Below are positions 12,870 through 24,882 of a stretch of DNA of 64,000 bases, piece by piece. The stretch is from Blasia pusilla. Taxonomy: Eukaryota. The notes under the pieces were generated by a model. The model was not told the DNA's origin. It made no database searches and saw only the letters and a program-made list of their open reading frames with translations. The position numbers and the translations under genes are program-made. The stretch spans positions 1,860,001-1,924,000 of the forward strand of contig CM114271.1 in NCBI GenBank assembly GCA_050084515.1, given 5' to 3'. Position 1 is the first letter of the stretch. Each line of letters starts with the position of its first letter.

Positions 12870-13200
12870 AAGTCATACTAATATGATTATATGATGTAGG
12901 TGGTTTATAGAATAGTGTTATTAGAATGATCTAACCCTATCTTGCATTAGAGTGCGGAACACCTAAATTTCCATAAATAAAATTAAAGAAAATAGGTAAA
13001 AAAAACCCTAGTTTCCCGAGTAGTGATAGAGTATGGGAATTGGAATGGTAGCACATTATTGTATGTTGAGTTTTCTCTTTGCTAAGATTTCATCAAAGCT
13101 TTATTGTGACCCAACGGACGAACTAGGCTACATTGTATCTTGGACATTTATTATATATTTTAGTAATTTATTCATATTCTATTTTCTCACAAAGCTTAGG
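12870..13200 (+). repeat. Dispersed repeat; other copies at about 56445-56605 and 61022-61335
   Basis: Shared blocks ATGATCTAACCCT and GACGAACTAGGCTAC with the 61 kb copy; TAGC.CA.T...AAGCT.TA.T.TGA... shared by all three. Confidence 0.7.
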
Positions 13201-14089
13201 ATGAGTATAGAGAGAGGAAGGAGAATGTAGCAATATGTTGGCCACAAAGTAAGAGAGGGAGGAATATTTCAATTTTACTTATGGGATTGTACAATAATGA
13301 TGAGAGTTGTCGGATGGGATTGGGCATGAATGTAACTAGTTTGGAAGCATCATATCTATGATATATCCAATAGAAAGCTTCAACCTATTCATAACTTTGT
13401 ATCGCTTCATTTGGGTCAATTTCCGAGAAATGTAGAGAAAAAAAAAATACTTGCATCAACCAATTGAGGAGAAGGAGCACAAGCAAGGCAGTGGATTCAT
13501 AGAAATTTCTTTCCCAAATTTGGCTTGCAATAACTTCCGATTTTCAGAGGTAAAGGCTTCGATCTTTTGTGTAAGTGAATGATTGTGTGACAACTATGGC
13601 CTCACTAGCTTATCAATCGAGAGAGGGAGACTTTTTCATTAAAAGACTTGCATTGAGTTAGTGCCTCTTTTGTGGATATATGGGAAAGTTTTTTAAAGAA
13701 AGTCATTAATTTGAATAAAGAAAAAAATCAGTGTAGTCCAAAGTTTGTACATATATGGAAATGTCAAGGAAAAAGAAATAAAGAGGAGAATGGAAAGAAA
13801 ACTTTGAATTCTAAAATGCTTAATTTGAACCAATTCTTCTTGAATTATGAGATGTAAAGCCAAAAAAAAAAAGCTTCATCAAACAAGCTTTACTTGTACT
13901 ACCTCTTTCAGAGTCTTTCTCGATGTGTCTTCTATCAATTTGTAAGATCTAAGAGTAAGCGGAGTTAATAAGCATTCTATATATGAGTCTTTTTCCTTAA
14001 CTATACAAGGAGAAAAGTCAAAGAAGAAAGGTTGAAGCCATAAAGCTCTTTTGTAGAGACTGGGTGGCATTAAAACAATCAGATAAGGA

Positions 14090-14496
14090 CAAGGTTGCAC
14101 AAGGACAAAGTCCATGTCTACGGACTTATGTTTGTCCTCAGCATGGACATGTCCTTGCAAACTCAAGAACCCACGGCTTGCACTCAAGCCCCCCCGCCCC
14201 ACAACGTAGACACAGGCTTGACCAACCCGCACATAGTCTAAGAACCCGCTGCCCGTTTTGTAGCCCACATGCTCTCTCAAGGCACGCGCTATGGGCCTTC
14301 AACCTTGTGTGAGCTTAGGGTGGGCTGGTGCGGCTACGTGCAGGTCAATTCTTGCCCACCTCCCTTAATCTGAGCCCTTACTTGTTCCAGCGTCCCAAGT
14401 CCACACAGACCACTGGGGTACTGAAAAAACCCCGATAGGAGACTCGTTGGGCATGTCTGTCCCATGGATGGACGTATTCATTTTTTAAAAACCTTG
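14090..14496 (+). mobile_element. hAT-type MITE with perfect 8-bp TSD
   Basis: Begins CAAGGTTGCA, ends ...AAACCTTG; GATAAGGA flanks both sides (14082-14089 and 14497-14504). Confidence 0.85.
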
Positions 14497-15481
14497 GATA
14501 AGGACTATTTCCATAAATAGTTTTGATGTGTCTTCTTTCCTTTGGTTATAAAATCCATTGAAAGAAAGCAAGAGGGCTCGTTGATGTCAAATTACACTAT
14601 CTAGAAGAGTGAATTGCAATTGAAGTTGGAATGAGTTATATTAGCCAATCTAGTAGAGTTGATGGCCGATCGATATGCCCTATAGCTCCAATGAATTTTT
14701 GAGAGAGTATGTCCCAATCAAGGTTGCACCAAACGCGCACATGTGCACACATGTCCATTTATGGGACAGACATGTCTGAACATGACTATGGACATGCCAA
14801 ACTGGTGGCCATCCCAGATTTTTTCAGCATTCACGCCGCCCGCGCGGACTTTAGCTGTGGCTAGGATGAAGGGTGCATGATGAAGGCTGAAGGCTGGCCA
14901 CGGGTACAATCCGCACCCAATACAAGCCAGTTGGCTTGACGCGGACGCCATCACGGGTGTAGCGGCTTGAGGGTGGGCCTAGTACGGGCATAGTGCAGAC
15001 CTAGGCAAGATTACATGTTGGGAAGTGGGCCTAGCGCAAGCTTTCTGCTTGCCTCTCGAGTCTCTAGGGCCCTCAGGGAACACAAGAGTACAAAATATAT
15101 GAGGCCAATCTTATCTTGTGCCACATGGTTTTCTCTCAAGGCTTCACCAATCCCCTAGAGACATAAGTAGATAACTTTTTATCTCTTCCTAAAATATCAT
15201 CATAAAACCACTCCCTATCATCCCAACTACCATAGCCTTGACTTCTTCACCAACCATGACTACTTTACTTTTATGTTTCTCGTGTCTCATTTATGATATC
15301 TTTTCCTAGAGTTGGGCCCACAGTTGCATAGGGACAAAGTTTGTTTCTGTGGACATGTCCATGTTTGCGGACTTATGTCTATCCTTAGAACGGACATGTC
15401 CGTTTTCATGCAACGTTGGTTGGGCTCAGGTACCTACGGCCGACATCTAAGCCCGCCATGCCCGTAGCAGGCATCCAGGTT

Positions 15482-17776
15482 CTTGGGGGGGTCATTATAT
15501 GGAGGGCTCTACATCACCTCCGACGTTTTAGGGTCTAGACCCCCTAACTTATAAGTGAAAAAATATTTTTTCTCACCCTTATGTATTTTAAAGGAATCAT
15601 TTTTCATTTTTGGTACCCCTAAAATTATTTAAGTAAAGCAATCACTTGAAATAAATAAGACCTTGAAAGAAAAGAAAAGCACCAAGTTAAGTTAACATCC
15701 AACATGTTATCCTTACACTATGACAGAGGGGAATTGAACCCCTAATTGAGCAAGAGGCTCAATCAGCCAATCTATCATCCCCCTAGCCTACTCCCTCCCA
15801 TTATCCTACTCACAATTCAAGAGTGTCAAGTACACTCTAAGCACACTCCATAAAAATATTTAATTTAACATATCTCAAACATAAAAAAAAAACTCACCAA
15901 GATCAACTCACACTCTGAATATATGTAGTCAAAGCATGTAAGTCAACTGAATCAAGTATGTATATTCTATCTTGTACCCCTGATTTCATTGTCAAATTCA
16001 CATTAGAGATCACCATTTCAATATCAATCCATTGCACATCTATTGCATCATAACTGAACAAGGTTTTGGTGTTACCATGGCCGAAAGACTTGTACCAATT
16101 ACACATAATACGACAAATGCTTCCCTTTTGTCCAGGAGGAGGTACAGGCTTGTTTAACAAGTCCAAGGCCGTACGACGTCTTGACCAATGTGAACCATTC
16201 TTTTGAATCATAAACACAATACGCCCCAACCAATACTCTTTTTTTGCAACTCTTGCCTCCACTGCAAGTTGTGTCTCTTTTCCCTTCCTTTTCTTTGACT
16301 TTGTTGATCTTGTGGAAGGGCCAACATTTGCTGTAGATTCAAACAAAAGTGCAATATCACTACCAACATCAACCAAACAAGTTGGGCAATTAGGATCACG
16401 TTCCTTTCCCTTACCAGTAGTGTAATAAGTCTTTTGGGCTATTCGAGTTAGTCTATCCTTTGACATGAAAGGATTGCAAGACAATTGACTTACAAGGGTG
16501 GATTTGTAGATAATCTTGCCCTCATAAGTTAGAGTAGGCACTATTGCATGGAGAATTGCCACATTAGTCGGTTCTGCTTGAACAGATGCAAACACATGCT
16601 TTACTTCATGTCCTAATACCTCCATTTCAATAGATTTTGGATCAATGTCAATATCTATTTTGACTCCAAATTGTCATCGGCTTGAACAAATTCATCAAGT
16701 ATGAATGCAGCAGTGGCATAAAATCGGATAAACTGAAACCTATGGACACCGTCCATTAGATTGGCATAGAGATGATGAAAAATCGTTCGACAAGGAAAGC
16801 GGGCCAGATCAACCCAGTAGGGACTTGTCCAAAACGGATAACCTCAATCATGCTTGACGAAATCAGGCATATGCGACTGAGGAGCTCGGAAGATGGTCTA
16901 TCCAGTGAAGAAGTTGAGCGTCGCCTTGAGATATTCTGATGCAACAAACTGGACGAGAAGAAGGAGAAAAAAGTCCTGAAGTTTCTTGGATTCATCACCC
17001 CCCTGCCGACAAAAAAAAAATCCACTCACCTTCCAATCGACGCCCTCTCGCCTTACGAACAGCCTTACGAAATGAGGCTCCCCTTCTTCCCTTCTCTCCT
17101 TACAAAATCAAGCATCTCTGATCTAGAGCCATAACACTTACCATCCTCCGCCCTCAACTACGCTGTGCAATCAGATACGAAGGAAAGGAAAGCGCTCAAG
17201 AGAATAGAGGCACGATAAGAAAGCAAGAAAAAAAGGAGCATACCAATTGCCGGGCCACTCCCGATCACTTTCTCCTACTACGCCACTCGAGTCTCGAGTC
17301 TCTTCCGATCACGCTCTCCTACTGCACCACCACTCCCGAGCAACAAAACCCAAACTCTGCTCGGAAGGGATTCAAGTGGCGGCTCAATTTGCCGCTCAAA
17401 GCTTGTCTCCGAAGGCCAAAACCCAAGACCCAACAAACCCAAATCAAATTGAGAGGGAAACTTGAAAGTAAGGACTCCCTTCTTCCCTCTAAAGCTTTTC
17501 TATAAAATTGATTTTTTTAGCTAGGGAAGCTAATTTTTGTAAAAAAAAATTTAATATATGTAGATGTGACATGTATAAACCCTATCTTATCTTAACATTT
17601 TCCATGGAAGGAAGACTAATAAAAAATACCCTATTGTTCTTATAAGAGTTTGATGGAATAAATTATGCCCTATTGTTCTTCCAAAAAACTTAATAAGTCT
17701 TCCGAGGGACGCAATTAAAAAACCCCTAACTTTTTCGCACGTGATGGGGCGTTTGTGTGGAAGTGAGACCCCCGAG
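15482..17776 (-). mobile_element. Unclassified TIR DNA transposon, inner layer, probably internally deleted
   Basis: Perfect 8-bp TSD TCCAGGTT (15474-15481 and 17777-17784); imperfect TIRs CTTGGGGGGGTC / GACCCCCGAG; contains a minus-strand ORF. Confidence 0.75.
15903..16625 (-). pseudogene. 240-aa C-terminal remnant of a transposon-encoded protein (YKSTLVSQL...SKDRLTRI, basic NLS-like KSKKRKGK)
   Basis: Long ORF with natural amino-acid composition inside a TSD-bounded element; stop-interrupted coding-like sequence continues upstream to about 16935, with a donor-like AG|GTGAGT near 17029. Confidence 0.6.
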
Positions 17777-18634
17777 TCCAGGTTGGCCGAGCCTACATCC
17801 TTTTTTTGGCCCACATATGGCGGGTTGGGCCTCAATCTCACCATATGCGAGCCTAGCCACGAGCCACAAAAATGGTGCGAGCTCGGCCAGCCCATGTGCC
17901 TGTTATGGGCTCGAGGATCTCCGAGGACGGGCTCGGATACGGGCCGTAGGTACTCGGGCAACATATCCATGGACATGTCTAAACTTATCCATTTCCATGC
18001 AATCTTGGTTGGGCCCGCACAAATGAGGCACCATTAAACATGAGAATTTATTTTTCTAAGCTAATCACTCAATACTTATATAAACTCTTTCTAACACTAA
18101 TCAGAGTGAAATGTACATATAGGATCATTTTACTACACGACACTGGGCGTGGAGAACAACTTGCAAGGCACCACATGGTATTTGCGGATTGGATATTGGA
18201 CATGGGCCTTGAGCCCAGGCACGGGAGCAAGGGAGGCCCAACTTATGGCCCATGCTTAGCCCGCGCACGCGTTGGTAGGCGCGGGCCTTTTCAAGCTTCC
18301 AACGGGCCTCTTGCGAGCTCGACATGGAGGTTTCAGGATGTGGGCCCAACTTGTCTGTGACACGAGAATCGATATACATTGGGTGTAATGCGGGCTACAA
18401 ATCGAGCCAAAAAAATGGGCGTCGTATTATTGGGACAAGTACCAGATCACCCGAGCAAGGGTCCCGTGCGGGCCGTGGATCAATACGCTGGCTCGCGCGG
18501 ATTACATCCGGATCCACACAGAAATACTATCCTCTGGACAAACATTAATCTGTGGACACGGACTTTGTCGATGTGCAACCTTGGTCCCAATAGAAGACTC
18601 TCATACACATTCTACAATTGGGCTTAAGCAATTA

Positions 18635-18784
18635 TCTATATTATTGTTGGAGAGTACTTTCTTGATTTGCAGTGCTTGACATGTGGCAACTTGGCAAAAA
18701 AAAATCTTTTTCCATTCTACGGCCAGCAAGAAAAAAATTTGTGTGCAACACAATGAGTCCCTACACTCCCATGCTGCACACTAG
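18635..18784 (+). mobile_element. Small non-autonomous Helitron-like element, same family as 44211-44428
   Basis: A|TCTATATTATT start and CTAG|T end; TTTCTTGATTTGCA and TTGACA.GTG.CAACT shared with the 44211 copy. Confidence 0.55.
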
Positions 18785-18959
18785 TATGTATAGTCAAAAA
18801 AAAAAAGAGAGTTATGTTGCTTGATTACTCACCTCAACAACCCATTCCTCTTGAAAGTAATTCCTCTCGGAACAGGTCTACATGATGGCGACTCCACAAC
18901 CTAGAGGATCCTCTAATCCTATAATTCAATTTTATGAGAAACCTGCCTACCATTGCTTA

Positions 18960-20460
18960 GAGGGAAACTTCAACCTTAGGAGAAATGAATGTGGTTGGTA
19001 AAAGAGGTGCAATCTTAGTGTCACAAATGTGCATCCACATATACACTACAAGTCTCATGTCAACCAAGTGTTCAACTACTACTTTAGAACTTTGCAACTT
19101 TTGGTCAAATTCTTGGCCCGAATACCTTTGAGGGAGAGGATGGTGTCTTTGCTTCACGACAAGCTATCTTGCCTATTTCTTTTGGAGGGTTGGGACTGTC
19201 CTCCAGAGTCGCATCTGCTTCCGCAGCCTTTTTGGGGAGTTGGGCGTTGGTAGCACTGATTATGGCTTCAAGGTTTCTCCAAGGAGATACACCTATCTTG
19301 ATGGATCATATCGCCCATGTAGAGGAGGAGGACTTTTTATTTCTACAATAATTGAGATCTGCATGAGCTCTTCTTCCTCTTGCTACACAAGCAATTCTAC
19401 CCCCTTTCAATCAATTGATTACAGAAGGGCTTGATCAACTTCAAGAGCATATCTCCGAGAATCTATATCAAATAAACTTTTCCAACATTCTCTGCGAGGC
19501 ATCCTCTGACGCTAATCGAGTTCGTCTACGTTCATGTGCGGGTACCGGAGCGGGGGCATGGCTTACTGCAAATCCTCTTATTCTTCCATTTCGTCTTCCT
19601 TGAAGTATATTCTCGACAACTTTGCGGTTACGTCTTGGACTTCTCCATCCTTCTATCTTAGGTGTGCCGAATTGTGTATGCGGGGATCCCATTGATGCCA
19701 AGGGTATCCATATTCTCCGATGTGCACATGGTGGCAAACGAATGGCCACACATGATGTCATTAGAGAGCCGCTAGCATCGGTAGCTCGTATTGCAAGATA
19801 CACTGTTGGGCAAGAGCAACACCATGTCCTACCTTCAACCATACAATCAACCTCTCGTCAGAGAGTGGATCTTGTTATGTCTTGAGGTGGATTCCCGACA
19901 CTAGGTGATGTGGTGGTTGCTGATCCAATAGGTTCTGACTTGGTGTGTTGAGCTGCACATACCAAAGTTTTGGCGGCCGAAGCTGCAGTTAAAATCAAGG
20001 AGTTAAGTTATGCTTTGAGACATGCGACTGATGGATTTATTCCTTTACAGTGGAAGTATTCGGTCATTTACATGTGTCTTTTGATACTTTCCAGAAAACA
20101 TGTGCTCACCACTCCCTCGAGAATCATCACTTTGCCCCTTCCCGTAGTCTTTCTCTCTCGGTAGTTACTACTTATTTTCGGCATTGCATCTCAGTCGCCT
20201 TACAACGTGCACAAGCCTTGGCATTGATACGTCGTGCGGAGGTGGTGGGGGTCGCTCGCCTCGTCGTCCATTCACGTCTGACCAACCACTCGTGTCTCGT
20301 CATATTTGTTTCGGGCTATCAATCGTGTAGTTCGTTCAGCCCGTGTTTGCGTTGGCTTGTTGCCATTTTTTTTGCATTCTTTTATGCATTTTTTGACTCC
20401 TCTTTCGAGTTGTTATTACCTTTCTTTGTCCTCTTTTGAGGCTTATTTTATAATAAAGTG
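18960..20460 (+). mobile_element. 5'-truncated, decayed CRE-like non-LTR retrotransposon (RLE type)
   Basis: ORF fragments LPISFGGLGL...AFLGSW, RLRSCAGTGAGAWL, RLRLGL...CVCG...HILRC...HD (zinc knuckle), RVDLV...DVVV (restriction-like endonuclease), EVFG.L and ISVALQRAQA; AATAAA at about 20452. Confidence 0.8.
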
Positions 20461-23400
20461 GATACATTAAATCTTTGAGAGAAGAATTACCAAAAAAAAT
20501 AGCCCCCTTCTCACGATTATAGTATAGATATAGATATGAACTAAAATTCGATAAGGACTAACATGCACCCTTAAAATCACTTCCGAAACAATGCTGCATA
20601 AAACTCCCTCAGTTTCACCGATAACTTATTTTTATTTTAATTATTTTAAATATAGGGGATCACTGTGGGGCCCGCATTGATTGAAATTCAAAATAAAACG
20701 AGTAAAAGAAAGTTCCAAGAGAGTTTTTTATTTAAACAGTTACAATTGAAATTGCCAGTGTAGCCTCGAAGAAAGCGGACGAGCTAAAAATATCTTTTTG
20801 AGCCGCATCCCGAGAGCAATTGAAATCGCATTTAAATATTTATTTATTTATTTAATACTTGGTGGATTCATAGCAAAGCTCGCTCAAGAACGTGTTGCAA
20901 AAATTTTGACTGGCGGACTCGCGATTGAAGTTGTTGCATTATGGACTGCCAAACTCTAAACACTCGCACTAGTAGATGACGCTAATCATTTGAATGCCAC
21001 GGACTCGAAGAGTACTTACACAACGAGGAACCCCCTGAGCGCGGCGGTGATTTGGACCGCAGTGGTAAGCAGCCTGATTGCGAACAAATCATATAAGTTA
21101 TGCTATGAGATTTAGAATTCGTGACCTGTTCTGCGATATTTCGAATTTTCAAAATCTTAATATCAATTTGGAGAGGAGCTTTTTACGTGGTGATTCCCGC
21201 GCCCCATTCTGACAATGAAATGTGTTGTTGCTGTGATGGTTACCGCTCTTAGTGATGCTCACAACGTCGTGGTTGTAAATCCCACAGGTTACAGTGTTCG
21301 TTTACCTGCTTACTGGACTCTCTTTCGCATTGTTCGCATTGTCGCTTTTGTAAGTGAGTAGTGGTTGGTGATTGGTGATGGCGCTTGATAATGAGCAATC
21401 CCCAAAGCACTCGGCCTGCCTTCCTACGCCCGATATTGTCAGTGATTTCTGTCTTCGTTAAGGCGAACGGTTTCCGATGTGAGGAATCTGTAGACAAGGT
21501 TCATGCGACCGTCACAAGAGTAGGCTCTCACGTCTGATCCTTGGACCCCCACTTATTCAAGCGGATTGGAATGAAAAGGCGGTCTTGACATCAGGTGGCT
21601 CTCCCTGTTCATCCTCCGTCGGGCTGTCCTGGCCGCTTTTGTGACAAGTGACTCAAGCAAGCAATCCGCTTGACACGGCTTCTAAATTAACGTCTAATAT
21701 CACGGATATAATGTGGTTATTTTTTCCGTGAATGATGCACGCCATGAGGACCCGTCGCCCACGCGAATTGGAATAGATGGCTGCCTTCGCTCGTACATAC
21801 TTGAAAGATTACTGTTAAGTTGTTTAATTGGAGAAACTCGAGTTATGACTTGAAATGCCCGTAATGTGGAGACAAATCATCATAAATTCTACGCGTGAAA
21901 ATATATGCTCATCAATGAAGACTTTGATAAGCTGACACAAGCTTCTATTTCATCCCGATCACTTTGGAATTCACCCGATAAGCAAGTCGGCCATTTTTTT
22001 TCCACTCACTGCGTTTGCAGTCACAAAATCTGCCCGACTCCTCCTCTCTACTATTCCCCGTCGCTGGGCTTCGTCCTCCCAGTTGACGTTGAAATTATGT
22101 ATCACTGTCGTGGTAGAAATAATAGAAATATGTATCGCTTCTGCAAGTTCTGCTGGCGCGCTGAAGTCAAGTACCTACTTATTTCCTCGAATCCTTCCTT
22201 CCTAGGCCAAAGGACAATAGATATTCCTTGAAGTTTACGATTATTTTGCCTAGCTATCTTACGTTACTTTGGATTCGAAAACACAACGTAAAAGTGTTGC
22301 ATTCTTTGATTGAATGAATGTAGGGAGCTCACAGTATTCTCAAGTTTCCTTCCACAGCTCTTCACTTATTGCGTTTCTCCACTTTCCTTGCCGGGAGATC
22401 TATACAATTATTTCGTGACTCGTCGTCAAATTGATTAAGTTATATGGAAGTTATAAAACACCACTATCTCCAGACTATCCGAGCAATTTATAGAACTCCC
22501 TTAAAGATCTTTCAACACCATAATATCTACTCAATGGAGCCGTGAATCGTTTAACACCAGGCTCTGCTGGTCGAAACTCTCTAGTTGATTCTATCCATAC
22601 CTTCGCACATTACCTATTCAGCATTTCTCCGGTTTGGAAGATTTGAGCAGGACAGATGTATGGTTCGATCCTGCGCTCAAGTTTTCTGCCGCCCGAAGAT
22701 CCTCTCCATGTGCTAAAGACCTGATGGCTTCTCAAAGCTGATGCGCTAAACACCTTTTGGTCTCTTGACGGACATGCTGCATGGGGTCTTGATCTACTTT
22801 GCGATCGTCTTATTCCGTAGGACTTCCTCAAAATACTGTCGTCCACAAAAATTTATCGTGCCGGCGTTCCGGGAGCGATCGGGTCACGACGAGTGCAGTA
22901 AAAGCACGAGCACCTGCAGGCCATCGGGCGGTGGCTGCTTTCAACTTCTCTAAGGGTAAGAATTCTGCGAAGTAGGGAAGAATGCAGTACTCTTGTGGGC
23001 CCACAGATATACCGAAGCAAGAAATGAAGTGGTCCAATTTTGTTTCCATTGCGTTCTAACGTGTTTAAGCTTATGACCTTTGAGAGCATCGTTAAAGGTT
23101 TTCTTTAGGCTGTCCATGTTTGTATTTTTAAGTTGATGTTCTTTCTCCTGTTTATAAAAGTAAACTTTCGTTTGCGGGTTGTGACCTCGAATATAGTTGA
23201 CTCTTTGAATCCCTTCTTATCTTTTGAAGATTTCCCATGCCCTTTTATCCGAAATGTCTTTTTCTTTTCTTTTCTTTTTTCTCTTATGAAGTGGCAAGTA
23301 CGGGAAGATGTAATCCAAGAAAAGTTACAATATCTCTCACGAGCTGGTAAGATGAGAATGTCTTGACCGTTCATTCTTTAATTCTGGAAGTACGCTATCG

Positions 23401-24882
23401 GAATATTATTACGGCATCTCCAAGAAGGGCTTCTATAGATCAAGCATACATTTCGCCCTTTTCAAATCCGGTAAGGCGGGCTCAGAAATCCTCATCCAAG
23501 GACACTCTTCGTCGAACAACAATCGACATTTTGAGGTGCAGATCCTTGATCTTCCAGGGAAGTAATAGCTTCTTGTAATCGGTTCTTGAAGCAGGAGTGA
23601 CTACATGTGCGTTGGAATAGACCCCCGTTCTCAGGCTAGAACCGTAAAGTTCGTCGTTTCGTGTGCGTTTCAGAGACTGTAGGTATCATCTCTCCTACAT
23701 TCAATCTAATTAATCCCTGAGTCAAACCCGAATCCGGTTGTTTTCTCAGCAGGGACTCCTCGCATATTCAAACTGTACCACTAGTTACCCGTACCTTCCA
23801 GGCAATCAATAGATGTGAACGTACGGAGCAGGCGGAGAAAGGGACTCAAGAGATTCAGAAATCATTTCGATCCAAGAATTCATTTATTATTGACTTGTAC
23901 GTGCATGCGTGGTGTACATATTGTTTATGAAAGTGGAGTACAGACTGAGACGCGAAAAGGAAGCGATTCACGATCGCGAGGGACCTTTGCTACTGAAAGA
24001 ATCTGAGGTTAGGCTGTGTAACTGGGATCTGCTATTATAAGTACTTAGATTTGCGGAAGAGCAGTCTGAGTACATGAAGGACTATCAGGTTGAACCTTCT
24101 AGAGCCAAGAGCGATACATATTGGTGGATCTGCCACTGTAATCGACGGCTCCATCGAGAACATTACATGTGTGATTCGCTTGTGCGTTGTTGTATACGTA
24201 CCTATTGTGCATCCGATCGATTTCTCGATTGCTTCGAGCTCATAGATCTACGAAGAACTCCTGATCGGATATATAGTAGTGTCTAACATGCCGCGCATAA
24301 ATAAATAAATAAATTTCTATTTAACTAGACTTGAACGTCGTCCAGAAAATGTAACCTGAAGTCGTCCCATCGGTTGTCTGACTGACGGGACGACTGAATT
24401 CGCGTGCCCGGGCTTTGCTTCAAAGGAGGAGTACTAACCAGGACTTGCACTCGAGTAGCGTTGAGCTCGAATCTTGATGGAGTACGCTCGGGATCTTTGC
24501 TAGATCTCGTGTAAAACCACTCATCTCGTACAGCTGCCAGTTCTGAGGAGATTTGGGCCTTCGTGTAGGTTTGTGCAATGAATCTGAACTCGCTGAAGGG
24601 TACAACTCGGGGTTTGAGATCGAAGCCGTTTCGGACTCTGTTCCCCTTGAAGCTGCATTCGTTCATCGCTAGCGACTGACAGACGTTTCTAACTTCTAGC
24701 GAGCTGGTGTTTCATGAATTCATGCGAGATTGATGGGAAGCTTCCACGACCCGACATACAAGGGCAACTCCTGCTAGATTCCAGGGTTCCATACATGTAC
24801 TTTCTGAGACGCGGCTACTCGAGTGGGGGTCTGAGAGAACTTACAAGTGCAACGATTGCGATGAGTCATGACTATGTAAGTT

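Larger units (their letters stand above)
15319..18007 (+). mobile_element. hAT-type MITE, middle layer of the nest
   Basis: Ends CACAGTTGCA.../...TGCAATCTTG; TSD GTTGGGCC at 15311-15318 and 18008-18015. An extra right-end copy followed by GTTGGGCT lies at 15401-15426. Confidence 0.7.
14719..18583 (-). mobile_element. Non-autonomous hAT-type element, outer layer of a nest
   Basis: Perfect TIRs CAAGGTTGCAC/GTGCAACCTTG and perfect TSD GTCCCAAT (14711-14718 and 18584-18591). Confidence 0.85.

Noticed and set aside
22305..22335. miR319-like words (TTGAATGAATG...GGGAGCTC)
   Set aside because: No full mature sequence or supporting hairpin visible.
22655..22680. B-box-like GGTTCGATCC
   Set aside because: No A-box or cloverleaf around it.
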